Of a stretch of DNA of 64,000 bases, positions 10,047 to 20,849 are shown piece by piece. Source of the stretch: Candidatus Cloacimonadales bacterium (lineage in GTDB: Bacteria > Cloacimonadota > Cloacimonadia > Cloacimonadales > JAFGVF01); contig OY782781.1 of the NCBI GenBank assembly GCA_963678315.1, positions 2,208,001-2,272,000 of the forward strand, given 5' to 3'. The notes under the pieces were generated by a model that did no database searches, had not been told where the DNA came from, and saw only the letters and a list, made by a program, of their open reading frames with translations. Numbering within the stretch: the first letter of the stretch is position 1; each line of letters begins with the position of its first letter. The translations under genes and the position numbers were made by a program.

Positions 10047-11387
10047 TTAAACAAGACCTTGTTGAAGCATAGCTTCAGCAACTTTTAAGAAACCAGCAAT
10101 GTTTGCACCTTTAACGTAATCGATGTAACCATCAGCTTGTTTTCCGTATTTAACACATGCAGCATGAATGTCTGACATGATTCTTTGTAATTTTTCATCA
10201 ACTTCTTCTGAAGTCCAGTTGTAACGTAAGCTATTTTGTGACATTTCAAGACCTGAAACAGCAACACCACCAGCGTTAACAGCTTTACCAGGACCGAAAC
10301 CAACTTTAGCAGCATGGAATGCTTCAACAGCTTCTGGAGTACAAGGCATGTTTGCACCTTCAGCTACAACCATTACACCATTAGCAATAAGAGTTTTAGC
10401 ATCTTCTAGACCAAGTTCGTTTTGAGTAGCACATGGCATAGCAACGTCTACTTTTTGTTCCCAAGGTTTTTTACCAGCAAAGAATTTTGCATTAGGGAAA
10501 GCTTCTACGTAATCAGCAACTCTATCATTGTTAGATGCACGTAAGTCTAATAAGCAATTCCATTTTTCTTCTGTGTTGATACCTTCTTCATCATAAACGT
10601 AACCATCAGGACCAGAAATAGTAACAACTTTTCCGCCTAATTCAGTAACTTTTTGACAAGCACCCCAAGCAACATTACCGAAACCAGAAACAGCAACTGT
10701 TTTGCCTTCGTATGATGTATTTAAGTCAGCTAACATACCTTTAGCATAATAAGTAGCACCGAAACCAGTAGCTTCAGGACGGATTAAAGAACCACCCCAT
10801 GTAGCACCTTTACCAGTTAAAACACCAGTAAATTCGTTACGGATTTTCTTATACATACCGAACATGTAACCGATTTCTCTTCCACCAACACCGATATCAC
10901 CAGCAGGAACGTCTGTGTTAGGACCGATATGTCTTGATAATTCCATCATGAATGCTTGGCAGAATCTCATGATTTCAGCATCTGATCTACCTCTAGCGTC
11001 GAAGTCAGATCCACCTTTACCACCACCCATAGGAAGAGTAGTTAAACTATTTTTAAAAATTTGTTCGAAACCTAAGAACTTAAGGATTGATAGGTTTACT
11101 GAAGGATGGAATCTCAATCCACCTTTGTATGGTCCAATTGCGCTGTTGAATTCAACACGGTAACCTTTATTAACGTGAACTTCATTGTTGTCATCTGTCC
11201 ATGGTACACGGAACATGATAACTCTTTCAGGTTCAACAAGTCTGTCTAATATTTTTGCTTCTACTAATTTTGGGTCGTTTTGGTAAACATCCCATATAGT
11301 TTCAACAACTTCTTTCACAGCTTGGATAAATTCAGGTTGTCCAGGGTTTTTAGCTTCTACTTGAGCTATAAATTCTTGTGCGGTCAT
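10047..11387 (-). CDS. gdhA: NAD(P)-specific glutamate dehydrogenase
   Basis: GPYKGGLRFHPSV, GGGKGG, DVPAGDIGVG and GFGNVA motifs. Start set at ATG 11387 after a GGAGG SD. Confidence 0.97.
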   Translation of the reverse strand: MTAQEFIAQVEAKNPGQPEFIQAVKEVVETIWDVYQNDPKLVEAKILDRLVEPERVIMFRVPWTDDNNEVHVNKGYRVEFNSAIGPYKGGLRFHPSVNLSILKFLGFEQIFKNSLTTLPMGGGKGGSDFDARGRSDAEIMRFCQAFMMELSRHIGPNTDVPAGDIGVGGREIGYMFGMYKKIRNEFTGVLTGKGATWGGSLIRPEATGFGATYYAKGMLADLNTSYEGKTVAVSGFGNVAWGACQKVTELGGKVVTISGPDGYVYDEEGINTEEKWNCLLDLRASNNDRVADYVEAFPNAKFFAGKKPWEQKVDVAMPCATQNELGLEDAKTLIANGVMVVAEGANMPCTPEAVEAFHAAKVGFGPGKAVNAGGVAVSGLEMSQNSLRYNWTSEEVDEKLQRIMSDIHAACVKYGKQADGYIDYVKGANIAGFLKVAEAMLQQGLV

Positions 11388-11595
11388 AAGAACCTCCATA
11401 ATTTTTTTTAAATATGCACTTTATTTACGAGATGATATTTTCTTGTCAAGTTTAAAACAACTTTTTATCATTATTTTCTCTAATCATCTAAACATCAATA
11501 AAATACAAAGACAAGTTATTTTTCAATATTTCCATTTTAACTAAAATTTAGTACATAAGGAGCAATTAATCGATATATATTTATCTAAAAATTAC

Positions 11596-12393
11596 TTACT
11601 TTTGGCATGTTTTACAATAATATGTTGATCTTCCTGCTATTTTGATTCTTTCAACTGGATGCTTTAGTGGACATTTTTCCTTTCCATACACTTGCAAGAA
11701 ATTCTGGAAGCTCCCAGTTTTATTATCAACTCTTCTAAAATCAGATATTGTAGTTCCATTGCATTCTATAGCTTCTGTTAGTACCTGTTTTGTTTCATTA
11801 ACTATTTTTTTTAAAAGTGAAGGTTTAACTTTACTTGCTGGAATTAGTGGATTGATTCCACATCTATAAAGTATTTCACAAGCATATATATTTCCAATAC
11901 CAGCAATCCTACGTTGATCTAAAAGATAACTTTTTATCGGAATATTTATTTTAGAAACACTATTCTTTATATAATCATAATTGAACTTATCGCTTAATGG
12001 TTCAGGACCAAGTTTGATAAAATACTGGTCTAAGTCTTTACTTTTTATGTAGGTAATTTTCCCAAAAGTCCGAATATCATCAAATATTAAGATGTCCTTA
12101 CTCTCAAAAAAGAATCTTGCCCTTTCATGAGATAATTGTGTAATATTCTCTTTTTGATAGATAAGTTTACCGGTCATTCTCAAATGAACAATTATTGAAT
12201 AACCATTAATTAGATTTATTAAGATATACTTACCTCTGCGACTAACATCTTTAACCAGGTCAAAGACCATTTCATCATCTAGTAAATTTACATGCGTAGT
12301 TGGGTAGTAAAATTCAACATTAATTAAATTTTTATTTGTTATTGAAGCTTTCAAGTCCTGAACAACAGTTTCTACTTCTGGTAATTCTGGCAC
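11596..12393 (-). CDS. mutM: Formamidopyrimidine-DNA glycosylase (GTG start)
   Basis: PELPEVET N-terminus, RRGKY, HLRMTG, GIGNIYACE, and C-terminal zinc finger. Confidence 0.96.
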   Translation of the reverse strand: MPELPEVETVVQDLKASITNKNLINVEFYYPTTHVNLLDDEMVFDLVKDVSRRGKYILINLINGYSIIVHLRMTGKLIYQKENITQLSHERARFFFESKDILIFDDIRTFGKITYIKSKDLDQYFIKLGPEPLSDKFNYDYIKNSVSKINIPIKSYLLDQRRIAGIGNIYACEILYRCGINPLIPASKVKPSLLKKIVNETKQVLTEAIECNGTTISDFRRVDNKTGSFQNFLQVYGKEKCPLKHPVERIKIAGRSTYYCKTCQK

Positions 12394-12396
12394 AAT

Positions 12397-14874
12397 TTAC
12401 TCCTCAATCGGGTCATTAGGTATTATAATCTCTAATCTAGTAATTTTAAAAGCACCTGTTTCTTCTCTAGAAATATCAAAAACTTCTTCCATGATTGTGA
12501 ATATATTTGATCCAACCATTCTTTTCTTTATACGCATTGCATTACCTACAAGTCTAATATATTTGATACTATCTTTTAAATCTATTTCTTTGATCTTGCC
12601 TTTCTTTTCTTTCACATAAATCCAAGAATCATTTTTTTCATACTCTTTAATACCATTAAGAATTTTATCAATGGAATGTTCAGGTGGAATTATTTCGAGA
12701 ATCTCTTCACTGATACTATCTAAATTTCTTTTATCAGAATGCTTAAGCTTTAAGACTTTTAGAATTTTCATCTCATCATAATTAACGAAATTTAAAGCAT
12801 TATAGACATCATCTACAGAATAATCAGTATTAGATTGGATTTCAAAGAATTCGTTTAAACCTTCTAAACCTAGTGATAATGGTGGACACAACTTCACTTT
12901 AGGATGGTGATTAAAGCCTTGAGTATACATAATAGAAAGTGAACTCTTACGTACTATACGATAAATCATTCTCATTAGGTCTAAATGTCCAACATATCGC
13001 AAAACTCCTGTTTTTTGATAATAAACTCTAAAGTATTTTCTTTCAACTTCTGTATCAGGGGCTTGCGCTTTGTTGTCTAACAAATTATCGAATGTTGTTT
13101 TTTCAAGAGTATTTGTAGCAAAATCTAAAGTATGATTTTCATTGCAGATACCACAATTTGTACAGTATTCTAAACAACCTTTTGTTGTAGATTCTTCAAT
13201 AGATTTTTCATATTCAGATAATAGAAAATCTTTTTTAACACCTATATCAATGTAATCCCAAGGAAGAACTTCATCTAAACCTCTCTTTCTCAAATATTCA
13301 TTGATATTAATTCCAAGCTCATCTGCTGTTTTTTCCCATATTGAATAATCAAAATATTCTCTCCAACCATCAAAAAAAGCGCCGTTCTCATAAGCTCTGA
13401 TTAAGAAACTAGATAGTTTTCTATCACCTCGAGCAAAAATAGCTTCTAGAACTGAGCTCTCAATTTCATGATATTTGATTTTTACAAACTTATATTTTGA
13501 TAATGTATGTTTAATCTTTAATGCCCTATCCAATAATACCTTTCTATCGAGCATTTCATTCCATTGGAAAGGAGTAAAAGGTTTCTGTACAAAAGGTGAA
13601 ACTGTAACATTAATTCTTAATTTCTTACCTGATATTTTTATAATATCCTCAACCAATTTTATAATAGCGTCAATATCGTCCTCTGTTTCACTAGGTAAGC
13701 CTATCATAAAATAGAGTTTGACTAATTGCCAATTAAACCTTAATGCTGTTTCAATGCCTTCAAAAATTTCTTGCTCAGAAATGTTTTTATTGATTACATC
13801 TCTCATGCGTTGAGAACCTGCTTCTGGAGCAATCGTTAAACCTGTTTTCCCGAGTTTTTCTACTAACTTAATTAAATCATCATCTAAGGTGTCTACTCTC
13901 AATGATGGCAAAGAAGCTTTTGTATCTGTTGGACCAAGTTTATTATAGATTTCTTTCAATAGGGGTCTTACACAAGAATAATCAGAAGAAGATAAAGATG
14001 ATAAGTTTATTTCTTGCCAACCATGTTTTTTGATTTCAGTTAGAATATCTTGTAAAATTATAGCAGGACTTTTCTCTCTAACTGGTCTATAAAAATATCC
14101 AGCATGACAAAACCTACATCCTCTTGAGCAACCTCTCATTATTTCAGCAACATATCTATCATGGGTAGCTTGTTGCCAAGGAATTAATTGGTTCTTATGT
14201 GTTTTTTCACTTTTGGAGAAATCCCAATATTTGCGTATTTCTACTTTTTCTTGCTTTACACTTGGTACAAACCAACCTTTTATCATTGCAAGTTCTTTAA
14301 GAATGTAATTTTTATCCGCTTGCCTGTTATCTCTGAGTAAATCTTTCAGCTCGATTATAGCATCTTCTCCCTCACCAATTAAAATTGCATCAAAAATATC
14401 TGCTAATGGTTCAGGATTAGTTATGCTTGGTCCTCCTCCAATAATAAGAGGGAAGTCTTTTCTATCTTTTGCATAATATGGTATGTTAGCAATATCCAAC
14501 ATGTAAATTATGTTTGAGAAATTCAATTCTGTTTGCATTGTGAATCCAATAACATCAAATTCTTTAATATCTACTTTTGTCTCAACCCCAAACAAAGACT
14601 TGTTGTTTTTCTTCATTAACTCGCCCATATCTGGCCAAGGAGCATAAACTCTATCTGCTATAGAATCCTCACACTCATTAATTAGCGAATATAGTATTTT
14701 TAATCCAAGATGTGAAAACCCTACTTCATAAACATCTGGAAATGCGAAGCAAAAGTTAATATTATCATTGTTAAACTCATTATTAAAAGAGTTTAGTTCT
14801 AGCCCAATGTATCTTGATGGTTTAGTAACTTCTGATAATAGTTCACTAACATCAACTTTATCTATTTTATTCAT
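12397..14874 (-). CDS. Radical SAM protein of TIGR03960 type fused to a TIGR03936/DUF2344-type domain
   Basis: KPSRYIGLE, FPDVYEVGFSHLG, CSRGCRFC, extra CLEYCTNCGIC cluster, and C-terminal HLDLMR...YTQGFNHHPK. Confidence 0.88.
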   Translation of the reverse strand: MNKIDKVDVSELLSEVTKPSRYIGLELNSFNNEFNNDNINFCFAFPDVYEVGFSHLGLKILYSLINECEDSIADRVYAPWPDMGELMKKNNKSLFGVETKVDIKEFDVIGFTMQTELNFSNIIYMLDIANIPYYAKDRKDFPLIIGGGPSITNPEPLADIFDAILIGEGEDAIIELKDLLRDNRQADKNYILKELAMIKGWFVPSVKQEKVEIRKYWDFSKSEKTHKNQLIPWQQATHDRYVAEIMRGCSRGCRFCHAGYFYRPVREKSPAIILQDILTEIKKHGWQEINLSSLSSSDYSCVRPLLKEIYNKLGPTDTKASLPSLRVDTLDDDLIKLVEKLGKTGLTIAPEAGSQRMRDVINKNISEQEIFEGIETALRFNWQLVKLYFMIGLPSETEDDIDAIIKLVEDIIKISGKKLRINVTVSPFVQKPFTPFQWNEMLDRKVLLDRALKIKHTLSKYKFVKIKYHEIESSVLEAIFARGDRKLSSFLIRAYENGAFFDGWREYFDYSIWEKTADELGININEYLRKRGLDEVLPWDYIDIGVKKDFLLSEYEKSIEESTTKGCLEYCTNCGICNENHTLDFATNTLEKTTFDNLLDNKAQAPDTEVERKYFRVYYQKTGVLRYVGHLDLMRMIYRIVRKSSLSIMYTQGFNHHPKVKLCPPLSLGLEGLNEFFEIQSNTDYSVDDVYNALNFVNYDEMKILKVLKLKHSDKRNLDSISEEILEIIPPEHSIDKILNGIKEYEKNDSWIYVKEKKGKIKEIDLKDSIKYIRLVGNAMRIKKRMVGSNIFTIMEEVFDISREETGAFKITRLEIIIPNDPIEE

Positions 14875-15040
14875 ATTATATCCTTATTTCATTCTAAATT
14901 CAACTCTTGAATAAAGTATGTAATAGTCAAGATTTGTTTTAAAACGAGAAGATAGTTTTACATTAACAATAAAAATGGAGACTTTTTTAAGTAAATTAAT
15001 TTTCTCAAGAGCATGCATTGTATACCATTTATATCTAAAC

Positions 15041-15089
15041 CCTTAAGAGTCTCCTGCATCAAATAGCAAATTAATGCAGGAGGCTAGTA
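15041..15089. repeat. REP-like hairpin, family A copy 1
   Basis: CTTAA-GA-GTCTCCTGCAT...ATGCAGGAGGC-TAGTA; related to copies at 24722 and 53351. Confidence 0.65.
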
Positions 15090-15315
15090 TGGTTATCAAT
15101 ATAACAAAGTCCTAAAATCATGATAAGAGATATTTTATGATAGTCCTTAAAGCGCTAGATTAATAACAAATAGTAAGATAATTAACAGGTTTCATGAACT
15201 AATATCTATATTCTTTAACACCTATTTAGCTGCTTGAGACAACAATATAATTAACATTAAATATCATTTCGAATTATTAGTTATTTGCAATAAATATGTA
15301 AGAAGCTAAAGCTTC

Positions 15316-15344
15316 TTGACAGCAAAGTAGCTAAATTATAATGT
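15316..15344 (+). promoter_or_regulatory. Sigma70-type promoter of the kinase-uvrC-uvrB operon
   Basis: TTGACA at 15316, then TATAAT (15-nt spacer) or TAATGT (17-nt spacer); AGGAG SD at 15362. Confidence 0.6.
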
Positions 15345-15371
15345 AGAGTATGGATTCTTTTAGGAGAGAAT

Positions 15372-18300
15372 ATGATATTAGATTCAAGGTATGAAGTACT
15401 AGAAGATTTAGGTTCTGGAATATGGGCAACAGTATATAAAGTAAGAGATTTAAGAACAGATAATATATATGCATTGAAGCTATTTGATCAATTAAATGCA
15501 GATGAATTTTACTCGAAACTCCCTGCCAGTGATATGCATCATATTACACAAATCAGGCACCCGAACTTAGCTGATGTTGTAGATTTTGGTAATATTGGTG
15601 ATAATATTTATTGTATTGATGAATTTTATGATGGACATGTTTTAACAAGGTTTCCAATTTCAAGAGACAATATAAACGAATTATATGATATTATTGTTCA
15701 GATTTGCTATGCCCTACATGCTTTACATGAACACAATATCATACACAAAGACATAAAACCACATAATATTCTGTTTAAGTTTACAGGTTCAGGACCTCAA
15801 ATTAAGGTTCTTGACTATGGTTTTTCAAAAGTAGATTTAACAAAAGAAACCCAACAGTTAACAAGTTCTTTGCCTTTTGTAGCTCCTGAATTGTTTGGTG
15901 GTGCAGATCCAATTCCTCAAACCGACTTTTATTCACTTGGAGTAACATTATACAGGCTTACAACTGGTGCTTTCCCTTTTTCAATTAAGCAGATAAAATC
16001 TATTATTGAAGGCAATAAAGATTATGTTCTTCCTAAACTCCCAAGACAGATAAACAGTGATATCCCTGAATTATTAGAAAAATTCATTATTAAGTTACTC
16101 GAGAAGGACCCTCATGATAGATTCAAAAATGTTCCAGAGATAATTGAGTATATTAACAAAATACAAGTTAGAAAATACCCTTTCTCCTACCAATGGTCTA
16201 CTGTTAACTTCTTAAAATTTAATAGTTACTTTGTTAATAAAGAAGTTAGTGAAAAGCTTTATGAATACACAGATATGCTCAAGAATGAAGATGGCAAGTT
16301 AATTACTTTAATGGGTGGACAAGGAGTAGGCAAAAGAGCAATTCTTACTCTCTTTAAATATAAAATACTTACAGGTAAGTACTTCATTTTTGACTATGAA
16401 TGTTCCCACAAACATAATGATCCATTCTATGCATTAACAAAGGAATTTCATCACTCATTAAAATATAACAGAGAAAATTCTGTCTTTGATGAGGATTTAA
16501 CAAAAATATCAAGTAAGTTTAAGAAATTTTTGTTTGAATCAGAAGAATCTGCTAAGCTAACTTCCTTCTCAAAAGAAGATATGCTGGAAGATTTTGAATC
16601 AATTAGAAGTTATTTAAAGCACCTCTCACAAGAACGACCTCTAGTGTTTATCATCAGACAAGCAGAATTGTTAAACGACAACACTATAGATTTTATAAAT
16701 TATTGTATAGACACAATTACAACTTCAAATACTCTCATCATTCTTTCATTTAACAATTATATGCAAGTTAAAAAGTTAAATGAGTCAGTAATGGTTAAGG
16801 TTCCATTTTTAAACTTAGAACAAACTAAACAACATATATTTGAGCTTCTTAAGACAGACGTCCCTAGTGAGTTTATCAATAGAATTTATGAAAGAACTGC
16901 TGGAAATCCTCAGTTCATCCAAGAATTTTTAATTGAGTTAACAAAGAATGGAGTTATCTGGGATGCCAATGGATTTCATTTTGACTATGATATATCTGAT
17001 ATCAGTTTACCAAATGATGTCCTTCACTCAATTTATGCTAGGATGAGTCACCTGACAGATGTTAATTATAAGTTCCTTATGGATTTATCTGTTATTAAAA
17101 CACCACTTTCAAAGAATTTAATATCTAAATTTTTAAATATAGAAGGAACTGTCCTATTTAATTTTATTTCTGATAGCTTAAATAATGAAATTCTTTCAAA
17201 GAAAGGTGAATTCTTCTATTTTACATTCCCTGAGTCACAAAGGAGATTTCTTACTGAATGCAATGAGAATCAACTAGCTAATCTATCAAAAAGAATAATT
17301 GCATATTTTGATAATCAAGAAATAACAATTAAGGAAATTTGCCAAGGTGTTATAGAAAACTCTCTAATTGCCAATGACTATTATGCATATCGTAACTATA
17401 CACTCAAGCTTTATGAAATAAATATTAAGAATAATGACCAGATTAGTGCATTTGCTAATTTAATCGAAATAATAAAAACAGACCTCTCTGATAATATCGA
17501 TTTAGAAGAAAAGTTTTTGATTCAAGATCTTAGAAAATTTACTGATAAAATAGACTTACTTTGTAATCAAGACCAAGTTGATGAGCTTATTCAACTAGTT
17601 AGTAATTATGATGATATGTTTTACAAATATTTAGCTATTATTAAATTATTGATCATTAAAGAAGACTTAGTATCTGCGGATAAATATTATAATTTAGCTA
17701 AGAAATATGTTATAACTGCAGTTCAAAAGTATGAGCTCATGATTGCAGAGATAAAACTTCTAAACTTCTATGGAGAATTTAAGAAAATAAACGATATTCT
17801 TGCAGAAGTCAATATTGATAATTTGACAGATAAGTATAAATTACTGCTAGGTGATAGATTAGCCGTTAATTTGTTTAACAATGGCAAAGTTACTGATGCG
17901 ATTGACCTTGTTGAGAAGATTCTGAATAATATACCTATCTTGTTTGATGATACACTAATCTTGATATTAGCTAATATTCATATAAACCTAGGTACATACT
18001 ATGCTTCAATAAAAATGCTTACTGAAGCAGAGAAGCATTATACTAAAAGTATTACAATATACGAAAAGTATAATATAGAAAAACTTCTTGTGCTGATTTA
18101 TAACAACATTGGAGATATTTATTTAAGACAAGGAATTACTCAAAAAGCCTATGAATATCTGCAAAAGGCTTACATACTACTTCCAAGAAACTTTTCCACT
18201 AGAATCGCTGAACTTACTTATATTAACCTTGCTGAAGTTAAGATTAAGTTCGGAAGTTTCATCGATGCTCTTGAATTTTTAGATAAAGCAGAACAAGTTA

Positions 18301-20849
18301 ATAGTGAAAGTACTACTTCAACTACAAGCCCTAGTATTGCTACTAACAGAGCTTTAGCTATGAGTAAGACTTCATCTTTTAAAGATTATGTTAGTTTCGT
18401 TTACAAGTATGAAGCTAGCTTAGAAAAGCTAAAATTCAAAAAATTAACTGCTCTTGTGAAAACTTACTTTTACTTCTTGTATGAGCTTAGTGATTCTAAG
18501 AAACTTGAAGAACTTTTGAATCAGAATAGCCATATTAAATATTCTAAACAGAAAGAAGAAGAATTTTATTATAATGTTTTAAATTTAATTGCAGTTACAA
18601 AACATAACTATGAAGTTGCTTATAGAAATATTGAATATGCAAAAGAATATGCAAAGAGTACTCGTAATAAATATGCTTTTACTATCTTTAAAATTAGAGA
18701 AGCTGAATGCTTAATATTCTTGAATAAGCCAAAAGCAGCTCAAGAAATTCTTAATGAAATAGAACAAATTTGTTTGAAATATGAATATATGTACTGGCAT
18801 ACTGTACTAAAATACCAAGAATGTAGGATCATGCTACTAAATCCTGATGTTCACTTGCGTGTAATCCTTAGACACTTATTCGCAGTAAAAAACACCTCTA
18901 CCAATAGATCTTATGTAATTTTAGAGATTAAGGTTCTAGCTCTTATTCTCCAAGTGCTGGTCCATATAGGTCAGTTTAAAAGATTCGCTTATTATCTGCA
19001 AATATACAAGAAAAGAATTGAGAACATTACTGATTTTGATAATATTGATTTCTATAAAAGTTTCTTAGTAAAATATAAATACTTCAGTGAAAATCCACAT
19101 GATTTTAAATTTAGTTCTATTGCTATCAGAAATCAGGTAACTAACAAGAAAATAAATCTAAGAATAGCTGAGTTACTTCAGATCAAAGATATCAATAAGA
19201 TAGTATTCTCATTTGGTAAACTTATTGAATCTATTGCTGCACCAAGTTCTTATTTGATTGCAACCTATAATGAAGATCATAACTATTTAGAAGAATTTGC
19301 TACAAGCAATTTTGAGTTTACTCAAATTAATGAGGAACCATACAAAAAAGGTATTGAGAAAAGTTTTAAGCAAGATCAAATTATTAATATAAAGCATCTC
19401 AATAAGGCAATTGCATTTGTACCATTGAAGATTATAAATAATCGGGTTGGTATTGTTATTATAGAAGATCAAGCTAATCTCCCTTACGTAAGCAAAGAAA
19501 TTAAGCTTCTAAGGTTACTTAAACTTCAACTTTCTACAATTATGATGAGAGCTATAGATTTTATAGATAATCATAGAAAAATGACTCTTATGCAAAGACT
19601 TATGTCTGTTACTCATAAGTTGATAGGCACTCATGACTTTAATCAATTATCACAAGAAATTGTATTCGAGGGTATCAGTTTTTTAAATGCTTCTAGAGGT
19701 TTCTTTATTTTAATTGACGAAGGTGAGAACTATAGATTCTTAAAAGCTATGGATAGTGACAACAATCTTATAAAACAATATACATCTTTCGATATGACAG
19801 CTTTATCTAAAGTCCAGCAATTAAGGCAACCATTATACTCTGCTACTCTTAACCAGAATAGAAGATTCGATTCAACAAATTTAGGTGATTTTAAGCAATA
19901 TCTATACTATTGTGCACCTATTATAATTGAGAATAAGGTGTTTGCTATTGTTTACTTTGATAATTTCTTAGATACCTCTAAAAAGCTCTATATTAACAGA
20001 GATATTATGAAGCTTTTCTTGTTCCAAGTAACAGTTAGTGTTAGAAATGCTGTTGAATATGATACATTATTCAAGAAGAATGTGGAGCTTGTCGAGCTTG
20101 ACTATATGAAGAATGACTTTATTAATATTGTATCTCATGAGTTAAACACCCCACTTTCAAAGATTAAGAGTAATATGAGAAAGCTTAAAAGTAAGCTCAA
20201 AAAAGTTAATATTACTAACGAACAATCATTTTTAGATATCGAAAATACTCTTGATAAACTAACTAAGACTTCAAATGATATTGTTACACTAAACAGATAT
20301 AACATAGCTAATAGTTTACCTTTGAATCCAATTGAACTTGACGAACTTGTTGAGTTGATTGTTCAAGAAGCTTCAATTATTGCTGATAAGAGACATATAG
20401 CTCTTTCCTATCAAATTGAGAAGAATTTACCTCATGTCATGGCTGATTGGCAATCAATAGAAATAATGCTTAATCAAATTATCATGAATGCAATTAGATT
20501 CACTAATGACTTCGGTGAAATACTTGTTGGAGTAAGAACTTCTTCATTCCAAAAAGAAAGAATAGATAACAACTCTACTGTTGTTCTTTTTGTTAAAGAT
20601 AATGGAATAGGAATACCAGAGAAAGAATTAGAAAATGTATTTAAAATGTTCTATGAATTAACTGAGATCTACGCTCATAAATCTGGAACATTCGAATATA
20701 AATCTTCTGGCTTAGGTATAGGTCTAGCTACCTGTAAGCGTATTGTCGACTTGAATAATGGAAAGATTTGGATAAATAGCAAAGAACATGAAGGAACAAC
20801 CGTATTTGTATCACTTCCTATAATTAATAATACTGATGATCAAAATTAA
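15372..20849 (+). CDS. Hybrid Ser/Thr kinase - degenerate AAA/STAND NTPase - TPR - GAF - histidine kinase
   Basis: YALK, HKDIKPHN, DYG and APE kinase motifs; GGQGVGKR; TAGNP; TPR repeats; SHELNTPL H-box, NAIRF, DNGIGI and GLGIGL. Confidence 0.88.
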   Translation: MILDSRYEVLEDLGSGIWATVYKVRDLRTDNIYALKLFDQLNADEFYSKLPASDMHHITQIRHPNLADVVDFGNIGDNIYCIDEFYDGHVLTRFPISRDNINELYDIIVQICYALHALHEHNIIHKDIKPHNILFKFTGSGPQIKVLDYGFSKVDLTKETQQLTSSLPFVAPELFGGADPIPQTDFYSLGVTLYRLTTGAFPFSIKQIKSIIEGNKDYVLPKLPRQINSDIPELLEKFIIKLLEKDPHDRFKNVPEIIEYINKIQVRKYPFSYQWSTVNFLKFNSYFVNKEVSEKLYEYTDMLKNEDGKLITLMGGQGVGKRAILTLFKYKILTGKYFIFDYECSHKHNDPFYALTKEFHHSLKYNRENSVFDEDLTKISSKFKKFLFESEESAKLTSFSKEDMLEDFESIRSYLKHLSQERPLVFIIRQAELLNDNTIDFINYCIDTITTSNTLIILSFNNYMQVKKLNESVMVKVPFLNLEQTKQHIFELLKTDVPSEFINRIYERTAGNPQFIQEFLIELTKNGVIWDANGFHFDYDISDISLPNDVLHSIYARMSHLTDVNYKFLMDLSVIKTPLSKNLISKFLNIEGTVLFNFISDSLNNEILSKKGEFFYFTFPESQRRFLTECNENQLANLSKRIIAYFDNQEITIKEICQGVIENSLIANDYYAYRNYTLKLYEINIKNNDQISAFANLIEIIKTDLSDNIDLEEKFLIQDLRKFTDKIDLLCNQDQVDELIQLVSNYDDMFYKYLAIIKLLIIKEDLVSADKYYNLAKKYVITAVQKYELMIAEIKLLNFYGEFKKINDILAEVNIDNLTDKYKLLLGDRLAVNLFNNGKVTDAIDLVEKILNNIPILFDDTLILILANIHINLGTYYASIKMLTEAEKHYTKSITIYEKYNIEKLLVLIYNNIGDIYLRQGITQKAYEYLQKAYILLPRNFSTRIAELTYINLAEVKIKFGSFIDALEFLDKAEQVNSESTTSTTSPSIATNRALAMSKTSSFKDYVSFVYKYEASLEKLKFKKLTALVKTYFYFLYELSDSKKLEELLNQNSHIKYSKQKEEEFYYNVLNLIAVTKHNYEVAYRNIEYAKEYAKSTRNKYAFTIFKIREAECLIFLNKPKAAQEILNEIEQICLKYEYMYWHTVLKYQECRIMLLNPDVHLRVILRHLFAVKNTSTNRSYVILEIKVLALILQVLVHIGQFKRFAYYLQIYKKRIENITDFDNIDFYKSFLVKYKYFSENPHDFKFSSIAIRNQVTNKKINLRIAELLQIKDINKIVFSFGKLIESIAAPSSYLIATYNEDHNYLEEFATSNFEFTQINEEPYKKGIEKSFKQDQIINIKHLNKAIAFVPLKIINNRVGIVIIEDQANLPYVSKEIKLLRLLKLQLSTIMMRAIDFIDNHRKMTLMQRLMSVTHKLIGTHDFNQLSQEIVFEGISFLNASRGFFILIDEGENYRFLKAMDSDNNLIKQYTSFDMTALSKVQQLRQPLYSATLNQNRRFDSTNLGDFKQYLYYCAPIIIENKVFAIVYFDNFLDTSKKLYINRDIMKLFLFQVTVSVRNAVEYDTLFKKNVELVELDYMKNDFINIVSHELNTPLSKIKSNMRKLKSKLKKVNITNEQSFLDIENTLDKLTKTSNDIVTLNRYNIANSLPLNPIELDELVELIVQEASIIADKRHIALSYQIEKNLPHVMADWQSIEIMLNQIIMNAIRFTNDFGEILVGVRTSSFQKERIDNNSTVVLFVKDNGIGIPEKELENVFKMFYELTEIYAHKSGTFEYKSSGLGIGLATCKRIVDLNNGKIWINSKEHEGTTVFVSLPIINNTDDQN

